Positions 1 through 8,069 are shown, counted from the stretch's first letter. The stretch: DNA of 12,315 bases from Nanobdellota archaeon (GCA_034722435.1 JAYENX010000033.1:1-12315); one strand, 5' to 3'. The notes: generated by a model from the sequence alone, not told the origin. Made by a program: numbers and translations.

Positions 1-266
1 TCTTTGTGCAAACTTGATTAATGTAGTATAATGTGGAAGCTTATTTAATCCTAAATATGCTCGAAGATCATTACTACTAGCAATATCTGTAAGCAATTCT
101 TCGTAAGTAAACTTACGGAATTGCTTGTATATCAACATAAAAAGATGCTGAAATTGAGAATAAATCTTATTTGAAAATTTTGAAGCATGAAGCGGTAACC
201 TCGCAATTCTAAAGAGTTTGTAGCACAAATCAGATATTTTTTATACTTATTTCGTATTATTTTCAT
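1..266 (-). pseudogene. IS5-like transposase N-terminus with a -1 frameshift at about codon 10 (partial)
   Basis: ATG at 266 gives MKIIRNKYKK and then stops at 134-132. The -1 frame is open from 240 to the edge for 80 codons: KISDLCYKLFRIARLPLHASKFSNKIYSQFQHLFMLIYKQFRKFTYEELLTDIASSNDLRAYLGLNKLPHYTTLIKFAQR. SKFS..Y.Q.Q and LGL..LPHYTTL.KF match archaeal IS5-type transposase N-termini as I recall them. The frames join at the A6 run, 242-237. Confidence 0.85.
91..126. repeat. Inverted repeat inside the transposase coding sequence
   Basis: AAGCAATTC-tt-CGTAAGT-aa-ACTTACG-GAATTGCTT: 9 + 7 perfectly complementary bp with a 2-nt bulge. Confidence 0.8.
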
Positions 267-268
267 TG

Positions 269-326
269 AATATCACCTCGTCGATAAATGACGTGTTTCA
301 ACTATTTTATAGACGGTGGTGATATT
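269..326. repeat. Imperfect inverted repeat (hairpin) covering the transposase RBS
   Basis: AATATCACC (269-277) pairs perfectly with GGTGATATT (318-326). CGTCgATAAA (279-288) pairs with TTTATaGACG (306-315) with one mismatch. Confidence 0.75.
273..279 (-). promoter_or_regulatory. Shine-Dalgarno site of the transposase
   Basis: GAGGTGA on the minus strand, 6 nt before ATG 266. Confidence 0.8.
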
Positions 327-349
327 TATTATTTTCTAATTTAGAAGGA

Positions 350-365
350 GGGTTTCATATTAGCC
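350..365 (-). repeat. Candidate left terminal inverted repeat of the IS
   Basis: Minus strand reads GGCTAATATGAAACCC. It starts with GGC as IS903-group ends do and resembles the GGCT-N4-(A/T)GAAACCC ends I recall from related archaeal elements. It lies about 100 nt upstream of the transposase ATG. The partner repeat is not visible. Confidence 0.45.
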
Positions 366-370
366 CATTA

Positions 371-388
371 ACGAAATCTATTTAAATA
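371..388 (+). promoter_or_regulatory. BRE/TATA promoter of the flippase gene (probably leaderless)
   Basis: ACGAAA (371-376) followed by TTTAAATA (381-388). TATA centre is about 24 nt upstream of ATG 409 and there is no SD. Confidence 0.6.
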
Positions 389-408
389 CTTTACTCATAA
401 GTTTGGTA

Positions 409-1575
409 ATGTTTAATAAGTTTAAAAAAACTACTAGTTATAATATTTTTTTAGTTGCTTTTATTCAGGGTTTTATAGGTTTAATAGCTTTAGTAACAAA
501 TATTTTTATTGTTAGATTTTTTGGAAAATCTGCTTTTGGAGAGTATTCATTTTATTTTGGTATTCTTTCTTTAATTATTCTTATACCTATTTTTGGTACT
601 AGTGATTGGATGGCAAAATATCCTAGTATGTTAAGTCTTAAATTAAGTTTTAGAAAAATATTTATAATTAGTATTTTTTTAAGTATTTGTTTGTTGTTTT
701 TAGCAATTATATTAAAACAACCATTTTTGGTTTTTTTGATACCTTATATTTTAATTTATCCTATTTTTACGGTTATTAATAATGGTTTTAGGGGAATTAA
801 AAATTTTTTAATAATGAATGTTTTTGTAGTTATAAGATATTTAATTTATTTGATTTTAATTTTGTTATTGTATTCTTTTTTTAATAATATAAAAGTACTT
901 TTTATAATTATGGCAATTCCTCCTTTATTATTAATTCCATTTCTTTTTAAAAAATCTAATTTGATTCCTAAAACTTCTTCTCAAATAATTTCTAATAAAA
1001 AACTTTTTTTTCTTTTTCTTATTGGTTTAAATATTGCTTTTTGTTATTATATAGATAAAATTGCGCTTAAACTGTTTTTTGATTTTGCTGATATTGGTCT
1101 TTATACTGCTTATGCTAATATTCTTAATATTTTGAAACTTGTTTCCTCTGCAGTAATAATTGTAATGATTCCTATGGCCGTTATAAGGAGGTATAAGTTA
1201 AAAGAATCTTTAGTTAAACTTGTTGCTTTTCTTGTCCCTGCAGCAGCAATATTAGCTGTTGTAAGTTTTTATGTGGTTCCTTGGTTATATGGTGAATCTT
1301 TTATTTTAGAGTCTATGGCTTTACCTTTTGCTATGGCTTTGGCAGTGATATTTCTTAACATTTATATTTTTGTTAATTCAATTTATGTTGCAGAAGTTTT
1401 TTATAATTTTAAATTTTTGTTGATTGAATTTATGTTATCTTTGGTAGTTTTTCCATTTATATTTATTGTTTTAGTGCCTTATGCGGGAATATTGGCAATG
1501 CCTTATTCGATTAGTGTGATTTTATTATTGAAGATTATGTTTAATATATATAATATAAATTTGAACAGGGCTTAA
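409..1575 (+). CDS. Wzx/MATE-like oligosaccharide flippase (polysaccharide biosynthesis protein), 388 aa
   Basis: Polytopic membrane protein with about 11-12 hydrophobic segments. N-terminal 'IFIVRFFGKSAFGEYS' and internal 'IDKIALKLFFDFADIGLYTAY' are typical of the Wzx/Polysacc_synt family. ATG 409 is preferred over TTG 403 on promoter spacing. Confidence 0.85.
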   Translation: MFNKFKKTTSYNIFLVAFIQGFIGLIALVTNIFIVRFFGKSAFGEYSFYFGILSLIILIPIFGTSDWMAKYPSMLSLKLSFRKIFIISIFLSICLLFLAIILKQPFLVFLIPYILIYPIFTVINNGFRGIKNFLIMNVFVVIRYLIYLILILLLYSFFNNIKVLFIIMAIPPLLLIPFLFKKSNLIPKTSSQIISNKKLFFLFLIGLNIAFCYYIDKIALKLFFDFADIGLYTAYANILNILKLVSSAVIIVMIPMAVIRRYKLKESLVKLVAFLVPAAAILAVVSFYVVPWLYGESFILESMALPFAMALAVIFLNIYIFVNSIYVAEVFYNFKFLLIEFMLSLVVFPFIFIVLVPYAGILAMPYSISVILLLKIMFNIYNINLNRA

Positions 1576-4331
1576 ACATCGAAGAAATAATCTGGAAGTT
1601 GGTCATTACCGCCTAAATATTTTTCTTTTAGCTCTGGGCTTACGGTGAAGTTTTCAGGGTATTCAATTTCCCAAATTTTAATAGGGCCTATGATTCTTCC
1701 TTGATAGAAAGCTAGAGGCATTCCTTCTTCGTCATTGTAGGCTAGTTTAAAAGCGCTTGTATCGTATTCTGGATTATTCTGTTCAAATAAATAAAGTTGA
1801 GTCCATAATGCGTTTACTCCTTCTTCAGATATATATAATCCAGTACCTATAGGATTTGTTACTTGTCCTTTATTGTCAAGAGATGGCATGAGTCTGAAGC
1901 AACCTTTCAATCCTGGTTCGGGGAATTTCATATATCTTCCGCCAATGTAAAGGCATTCAATTGGGATATTTACTTGTGAACCTTTGTTAATTAATCCTGC
2001 ATAAGGTTGTTTTATAATTTGTTGTTTAATAGTATCATTTCCTTGTTGAACCAATACATCTTCAACAGGGATAAATATTCCTCCAATTCCTGCTTCTCTT
2101 GCAGCGAAAACTTGCGAGTCATATATGATATCATCATCAAGAATGTAACTTCCTTGATAGAAGTATATTGTTTGGTTTCTTGTTTCTTGTGTTCGTGTAT
2201 TATCCATGGAAAAAGTGGTTATCCAGGAGTATCTATCAAAATCTTTGTCCGAACCTATTGATGAATAAGCTGTATATTTTCCTATTTCATCGTTAATAAT
2301 TAGGAAATGTGTTACATTGTGTGTGTTAAATAGTTCAAGGGCTTGATTTTGGTTTTGTGCACCTAGTCCGTATCTACCCATGAGATAGTTCCAGTATACA
2401 ATAGAGTTTCCACCGTCAAGCATTGTTGCACGTTCTCCTCCAGTTTGAACCCAGTAACCATAATCCCACCAGTGTCCGAAAACTGAGTCTAAAGGCGTAT
2501 TTTGTTTAATCCAATCTCCTGCTGTTTGCCATTGTTGGTTATAGCTAGGTCCTGTATATTTTGATTGGCTCATGACAGTTTTTGAGAAGCCCATTGCGAA
2601 CACTGAAATGAGTATGATTACAATTATTACGCCTGAAAATTTGAATAGTTGATCTTTAAAGTTTAAAGATGTTTTGAATATTTGTATAAGGAAATAACTT
2701 CCTAGAATTGCTGTGATAGGTGCAAATACGTATAACAATCTAATAGCTCCTCTAGCCGCAATAACCATTACTATGAACCAGATTAGTGTGAAAATTGCAG
2801 ATTTATCCAAAGACCTGAAACCTTGATAAAGATTTTTATCTTTGTAATATGAATAAAAATAGTATCCTAGCATGATTAGTCCGAAAATGACTAGAGAACC
2901 AATATATAGTACTTTTGATATCGTATTTGTTCCATTTAGAATTGAATCTCTTGCATATCTACTGAATATAAATCCTGAGATGAATAAAGCGTATACTGTT
3001 GTTAATGTTATTTTGTGTTTCTTTAAAGGTTTTAGTAATTCGTAAAATAACCAGATTGAACCCAGAAAGAACATCCAGAAAAATCCTTTAAAGTTAGATT
3101 GCCAGTCTGTAAAGAATGGTTGATGCTGTTCTGCAACTGTAAGCATCCATCTATCTGTACCAAGAGGTCTTAGTAAGTTGTTGCTTAGTTCAGTAAATTG
3201 TTGAGCAAGAGTTTGCGGGCCCATGAGTCCTGCAATGATAATTAATCCGAAAATAACGCCTATAATTATTGTGGCTATGCTTAGAGGTATCTTTTTTTCT
3301 ATTTTTTCTTTAACTCTTAATATATCAAGTTTGAATAATACGTAATCTATGAGTATTAGAACAAAGACTAAGATTGCTGCTCCTGATGTGACTGATCTAA
3401 TAAGACCTAAAATCCCTCCAAATTTAGGTGTTAAAAATCCCATTATTAGGATTACTGGAATAAGCCAAGCAGTGTACGTATAAAAATCTTTTTTTTCAAA
3501 TTTTTGTAGTATGAATTCGATAAATCCGTATAGTGCAACAATCATTAATACGAATTTTACACCGCCCCATGTAAGACCTAATAATCCTGTGAACGCACCA
3601 GCCATTAATCCGTATATAATTGCTGTTTTGTTAGTCTTAGATTTGTATGCTGTGACAAAGAAGTACATTGCAGCGAACATGAATAAAGTACCCAGAGGTT
3701 CTTTATCAGAGAATCCTGCCATTGTTCTGTAAAGGAATGCAGGAAGTATTGCAAGGAATAATGTTGAAAGAATTGCAACCTTTGCATTAAATATCTTTTT
3801 AACTAATAGATAAAAGAAAATTAGTCCTATTGCGAAAGCTATTACCGGATAAATTACATCTGCATATTCAAGTGTGACATTTGGATTGAAGAAGTTTAAG
3901 AATTTGTAAAAGTATACTATTGCATATGATAAGAGTTTGTTATCTGCTGTTGTTCTTCCAACAGGTACGAACCTTAGCATATCTCGGGATACTAAAAATC
4001 CATGTTCAACTATATATTTAGCGTATCTTAAGAATGAATGCGGATCAAGAGCGAGCGGTACATATTTACCTGTAATTGTATCTTTGAGAAGCCAAAGATT
4101 TCTAAGACGGATGTAGCTTCCGAACCAGATGATTATTGCAAGAAAAAAGTATGCTATCATTGAAGGATATTTTTTGAAGAAATTTATGAAAGCGAGTCTT
4201 TGTTTTTCAAGATCTATTTTGTCTTCAGTATATTTTTTTTCGTCAGATGTTAAACTATCTTCGGCATCAACTTTGGAGAATGCATTTTTTAGTGATTTTA
4301 CTAGTTTTTCTCTTTTATCTTCTTCTTCCAT
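1572..4331 (-). CDS. aglB: Oligosaccharyltransferase AglB (STT3 family), 919 aa
   Basis: About 13 TM N-terminal region with LDPH, GFSDKE (DxE) and TVAE (TIxE-like) motifs. Soluble C-domain carries the hallmark WWDYG, LDGG and a DK-like DEIGKY. Confidence 0.97.
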   Translation of the reverse strand: MEEEDKREKLVKSLKNAFSKVDAEDSLTSDEKKYTEDKIDLEKQRLAFINFFKKYPSMIAYFFLAIIIWFGSYIRLRNLWLLKDTITGKYVPLALDPHSFLRYAKYIVEHGFLVSRDMLRFVPVGRTTADNKLLSYAIVYFYKFLNFFNPNVTLEYADVIYPVIAFAIGLIFFYLLVKKIFNAKVAILSTLFLAILPAFLYRTMAGFSDKEPLGTLFMFAAMYFFVTAYKSKTNKTAIIYGLMAGAFTGLLGLTWGGVKFVLMIVALYGFIEFILQKFEKKDFYTYTAWLIPVILIMGFLTPKFGGILGLIRSVTSGAAILVFVLILIDYVLFKLDILRVKEKIEKKIPLSIATIIIGVIFGLIIIAGLMGPQTLAQQFTELSNNLLRPLGTDRWMLTVAEQHQPFFTDWQSNFKGFFWMFFLGSIWLFYELLKPLKKHKITLTTVYALFISGFIFSRYARDSILNGTNTISKVLYIGSLVIFGLIMLGYYFYSYYKDKNLYQGFRSLDKSAIFTLIWFIVMVIAARGAIRLLYVFAPITAILGSYFLIQIFKTSLNFKDQLFKFSGVIIVIILISVFAMGFSKTVMSQSKYTGPSYNQQWQTAGDWIKQNTPLDSVFGHWWDYGYWVQTGGERATMLDGGNSIVYWNYLMGRYGLGAQNQNQALELFNTHNVTHFLIINDEIGKYTAYSSIGSDKDFDRYSWITTFSMDNTRTQETRNQTIYFYQGSYILDDDIIYDSQVFAAREAGIGGIFIPVEDVLVQQGNDTIKQQIIKQPYAGLINKGSQVNIPIECLYIGGRYMKFPEPGLKGCFRLMPSLDNKGQVTNPIGTGLYISEEGVNALWTQLYLFEQNNPEYDTSAFKLAYNDEEGMPLAFYQGRIIGPIKIWEIEYPENFTVSPELKEKYLGGNDQLPDYFFDV

Positions 4332-4332
4332 T

Positions 4333-4902
4333 TTAGTTCATGATTCCTAAGATTTTATAATTAATTATTTCAATAAGCATATCCATGTCCATTTTTGATT
4401 CTGCATTTAAAACTATACAATTTTGGTCTTGAGTTATAGATGTTTGGTTAGCTTCTTTGAAAAAGAATTTTTGAATTTCTTCTTCGCAATCTACAACTGG
4501 GATGTCTGGACAGTTTTCTTCTTGTGAGCATGCTTTGACAGGTCTTATATTTAGTTCGTATATTATTTTTCCAAGTTTGTTCATATTTGAATCAAAGTTG
4601 GTTTCATCAATAGGGTTGTATAAGAAATATACTTTATCAGATTCTATATTTAAGTCAAAGTTTGTGGATATATTTTCCAAGTCTGCAGGAAAATAAGCGA
4701 AAAACATTTGTTTATTATTAAGTACAGTCATAAAACCGTTACTTGTTAAATAAAATTTTTGGCCCTTGTAATCCATGTTTTTTGCTGCTGAATCTTCCGT
4801 TCTATAGTTCATTACCATACCTAAAGTGCTTAGTACGAAGATTATTAATATAAACCAGGTCCAATAAGTTTTGTTTAGGTAAAATTTTATCTTTTTAGGC
4901 AT
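4333..4902 (-). CDS. Uncharacterised single-pass membrane protein, 189 aa, coupled to aglB
   Basis: N-terminal TM helix (WTWFILIIFVLSTLGMVM). Predicted external domain has 4 Cys (ACSQEENCPDIPVVDC...NC) and sequons NIS and NQT. Stop TAA is 1 nt before the aglB ATG. Confidence 0.88.
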   Translation of the reverse strand: MPKKIKFYLNKTYWTWFILIIFVLSTLGMVMNYRTEDSAAKNMDYKGQKFYLTSNGFMTVLNNKQMFFAYFPADLENISTNFDLNIESDKVYFLYNPIDETNFDSNMNKLGKIIYELNIRPVKACSQEENCPDIPVVDCEEEIQKFFFKEANQTSITQDQNCIVLNAESKMDMDMLIEIINYKILGIMN

Positions 4903-4924
4903 TTTAGAATCGAAAGAATGATAA

Positions 4925-4932
4925 TTTATAAA
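4925..4932 (-). promoter_or_regulatory. TATA box for the 189-aa gene/aglB operon (probably leaderless)
   Basis: TTTATAAA centred about 26 nt upstream of ATG 4902; no SD. Confidence 0.55.
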
Positions 4933-5136
4933 TATTATGCTTTTATTGAAAATTTCGCCTGGTTTAATATTTTTTACTTTAGTGCGATATTTTCAATTCC
5001 GAAAAGTTTGCTAGTTTATTTGCAAGACTGTAATACTCTAACATTTATGTTTGGGATAGGTCTTGCCCATTAATAATGGCAAACTTTTTGTTATATTTAA
5101 AGTATATATATATGTTTTAAATTATTTATATTCTTT

Positions 5137-6198
5137 TTATAGTAAACATTTAAAATATTTTAGTAATTTAGGTTGTCTTAACATTAATTTTGGTATAAGC
5201 ATAGATGGTCTTTCTCTTGATATATTTTTAAAAAGTTTTTTTATGCTTTGTTTATCAAGCATCTTTAGTAAATCGTTGTATTCTTTTTCTTTAAACTTGT
5301 TTAGAATGTTTCTCATTAAAAGGTGTAATTTTAATTGTTTACCAATCTCTTTATAGCATGATGATCCGTAATTAAGGTCTTTACTGATTGCTTTTGTTAA
5401 AAGATGGGCTGCTTTAAGCGATGGAATGATTCCTCCGCCTGTTGTTGCTTTTACTTGTGTAGCAGAATCGCCTATTAAGTATACATTGTTTTTTTGTATT
5501 TCTAATTTTGGGTCGTATATAGGGATAAGGCCTGTGTTGTTTTCTAGAACTTTTTTAATTTTTAATTTTTTAAGAAATGTGTTGAATTGTTCTTTTGAAT
5601 CTGTTTTTTGCGTCATTAGCCCTATTCTGGCTATGTTTTCTGATTCGGGTACAATCCATGAAAAACCGTCTAGATCGTTAATATGTACTTGGTATTCGTC
5701 TGGAACGTGTTTAAATTCTGCTTTTATTTGGATACCTGTGAAAAATCTTCGATTATTTAGCATATCGTGGGATTTTGCGACTCTTGATAGTGGTCCGTCG
5801 GCCCCTATAAGTATTTCAGGTTTAACAGTGATTATCTTGTTGTTAACTTTAATTTTTTCTTTGTTTAAGTATCTAGAGTTAAGATGAATTTTGCATCCTG
5901 CATCTGTAGCTAGGTTTGCTAAATATTTGTCAAATTTTTGTCTATCTAGAATTATTTCTTTAGAGTTTATTTCTAAAGAATGTTCCGATGATATTACTTT
6001 TATTTTAGTTATAATATTTTTTATTAAGCTTTTGTCGAGTTTGAGGATGTTGTTAATGTCTTCAGTTACTATTCCTGCGCATTTAACAGGAGAACCTATT
6101 TCGGAATGTTCTTCGTATATTTCAACTTTGTGGCCTTCTTTAGCAAGTAAATATCCTGTGTAGCAACCCGCGGGTCCGCCACCTATAATGGTAATCAT
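5137..6198 (-). CDS. Geranylgeranyl-reductase-family FAD-dependent oxidoreductase, 353 aa
   Basis: GxGxxG (IIGGGPAG), PxxCxG (PVKCAG), LDRQKFD, GADG, a WxxP motif (FSWIVP), GDSA and TTGGGI. The actual substrate cannot be determined from sequence. Confidence 0.9.
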   Translation of the reverse strand: MITIIGGGPAGCYTGYLLAKEGHKVEIYEEHSEIGSPVKCAGIVTEDINNILKLDKSLIKNIITKIKVISSEHSLEINSKEIILDRQKFDKYLANLATDAGCKIHLNSRYLNKEKIKVNNKIITVKPEILIGADGPLSRVAKSHDMLNNRRFFTGIQIKAEFKHVPDEYQVHINDLDGFSWIVPESENIARIGLMTQKTDSKEQFNTFLKKLKIKKVLENNTGLIPIYDPKLEIQKNNVYLIGDSATQVKATTGGGIIPSLKAAHLLTKAISKDLNYGSSCYKEIGKQLKLHLLMRNILNKFKEKEYNDLLKMLDKQSIKKLFKNISRERPSMLIPKLMLRQPKLLKYFKCLL

Positions 6199-6362
6199 TC
6201 TTACTAATGAGAAATTTTTCCTTTAATTACTTTTTGTTTTTAATAGTTATTATGAAATTCTTTCGCCTATCTGTTGTAATTTAAATATGTTTAATACAGC
6301 AACAAGATAGTCTTATAATTAGTATTTTGATTCGCTGGCCATTGTCGGGCAAGAATTTCGTA

Positions 6363-8069
6363 TTAATTGTTTTTAAGTTCTTTTAATTTAAGAATGCCGT
6401 TTATAATAAGAATAATTCCTAGACCCATGATTATGTAAAGTAAATATATTTTTATGAATTCTAGTGCTTGGCTTTCTCCAATTTTAATTTTTATAACTTC
6501 TGAGTATGCTTGTTCTGATGTAGATGCTTGAATAAGTACTTCGTAAGTTCCTTGATTTTGGTCTGGATTTGTTTTAAGTTCTATGAACCCTTTTTCAGCA
6601 GGATCGAGTTTTAATGTATTACTGTTAAGTGTGATAAATTCTGGTGAGTCAATTGATATAGTGTAAGTTTCAGCTATAGCGCCTCGATTTTCGACCGGGA
6701 TTAGGATAGTTTGGTTAGAATTATTAATTTGTATAGTTCTAAGAGATTCTATATTAAAGGCAGAGCATTGTTTTCCTGTTATAATCTGAACTTGCATCTG
6801 GCCTGTTTTTTTAAGGTTACTTCCTTGAATTGATGCGGAAACTTTAATATCATGTTTTCCTGTTGAGTTTGTTTCAGGGTTTAGTATTAGCATAACTTTT
6901 TTTGTAGTATTAGGTTCAATGGTAACAGAATCGTCTGAAATACTTACCCATTCCGGTGCGTCAAGTTCGAGGTTTATTGTTTCTTTATTTTCGCCTATAT
7001 TCTGAAGTTCGAATTTGTATCTTTTTATTGATTGAGCGCAGATTGTATCTTTATCGCCTGGAAGTATAAGGTCTAATTCGTGGCATTTTTTGCTTTTAAT
7101 TGTAATATCTTTTTCAAGGTATAAATCTCCTAGAAGGCTCTCAGCTCTAATTGTTATATTGAAATCGTCCTCTTTTTTTGCAGTAGCATTTAGGTTTATT
7201 GTTGCGGATTGTTTAGCGTCAAGGACAGGGTATTTTGTTTCTAATTTAATCCAAGAAGGTGCTTTAAGGCTTAGTTTGTAAGCATTTTGTAAATTAGCTT
7301 TGTTAGATAATGTTATCGGGAGTTGGGTGTCAGTATCTGTGCAAATGTTGAATTCTTCTTCCGAGAATATTGAAAAATTGTAAAGTTGTTGAATGTTGAG
7401 TTTCATAGGAATGTTTGCAGTGAAATGACTTTTAACTGCTTCAACAGTAACCATGAAATCTTGATTTCCATATATTTTGCAAGGAGGTTTTACAGATACG
7501 AAAACTCTTTGGCTTTGATGTGGTTCAATGATTGCCGGGTTATGGCTTAACTCAGCCCATTTATTGGATGTTTGAATATTATAAGTTTCTACATATTCTC
7601 CTGTATTGTGGATGTCGAATTCGTATGTGAGGACACTACAAGGAGCTACGTCATAGTTCCATATTCTTGGAAATATTTGAAGGTTTTGACATCTTTTTAT
7701 GTTGATTTCTTTTTGGAATGATTTTTTTAGATTAAAATCCGTTTGAACATCTATGTCCAAGTTAAATTTTCCTTCAGTTTCAGGATTGGATCTTATGTAC
7801 ACATAGATGTCTTTACTTTTACCTTGTTCTAAAAAGAATGATGGTTCAGAAAGTGTTGTCCATTCGGCTGCTTTTCCGTCAAGGTTTAAATTATAATTAC
7901 TAGGGATTGTACCTGTGTTTGTAATAGTTATAATGTCAGCTACATCTGGAGAAGATTGGCAGATTGAAATTGTATCTTTCAGGGATTCAATTTTAAAATC
8001 TTCTGTTATTGCTGAAGCAGTAATTGCAATCAGTAAGATGAGTGTGATGGTTATTATTAGTTTTTTCAT
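6363..8069 (-). CDS. Membrane-anchored surface protein with five Ig-like (NEW3/CARDB-type) repeats, 568 aa
   Basis: Signal peptide (MKKLIITITLILLIAITASA). Five repeats of about 105 aa (ITNTG..Y..W, IHNTG..Y..W, LSNKA..Y..W, LQNIG....W, VENRG..Y..F). C-terminal TM helix, 8 Cys, 7 sequons. Confidence 0.85.
   Translation of the reverse strand: MKKLIITITLILLIAITASAITEDFKIESLKDTISICQSSPDVADIITITNTGTIPSNYNLNLDGKAAEWTTLSEPSFFLEQGKSKDIYVYIRSNPETEGKFNLDIDVQTDFNLKKSFQKEINIKRCQNLQIFPRIWNYDVAPCSVLTYEFDIHNTGEYVETYNIQTSNKWAELSHNPAIIEPHQSQRVFVSVKPPCKIYGNQDFMVTVEAVKSHFTANIPMKLNIQQLYNFSIFSEEEFNICTDTDTQLPITLSNKANLQNAYKLSLKAPSWIKLETKYPVLDAKQSATINLNATAKKEDDFNITIRAESLLGDLYLEKDITIKSKKCHELDLILPGDKDTICAQSIKRYKFELQNIGENKETINLELDAPEWVSISDDSVTIEPNTTKKVMLILNPETNSTGKHDIKVSASIQGSNLKKTGQMQVQIITGKQCSAFNIESLRTIQINNSNQTILIPVENRGAIAETYTISIDSPEFITLNSNTLKLDPAEKGFIELKTNPDQNQGTYEVLIQASTSEQAYSEVIKIKIGESQALEFIKIYLLYIIMGLGIILIINGILKLKELKNN

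Larger units (their letters stand above)
1..365 (-). mobile_element. Left end of an IS5-like (DDE) insertion sequence, truncated by the window edge
   Basis: Transposase-like reading frame at 266..<1 with an RBS, plus a candidate terminal inverted repeat at 350-365. The right end is outside the window. Confidence 0.75.

Noticed and set aside
5103-5113. (TA)n run
   Set aside because: Short, in an AT-rich intergenic region, with no evidence of phase variation.
4953-6268. AGGCGAAA upstream of both the 189-aa gene and the reductase as a shared operator
   Set aside because: The same string occurs inside coding regions (near 6990, 10160 and 11800), it resembles a generic BRE, and the distances to the starts differ (51 versus 63 nt).
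5061-6353. TCTTGCCC...AATGGC in inverted orientation on both sides of the reductase gene, suggesting a mobile cassette
   Set aside because: Only 8 + 6 bp match with different spacers, flanks do not align, and no target duplication or recombinase is evident.
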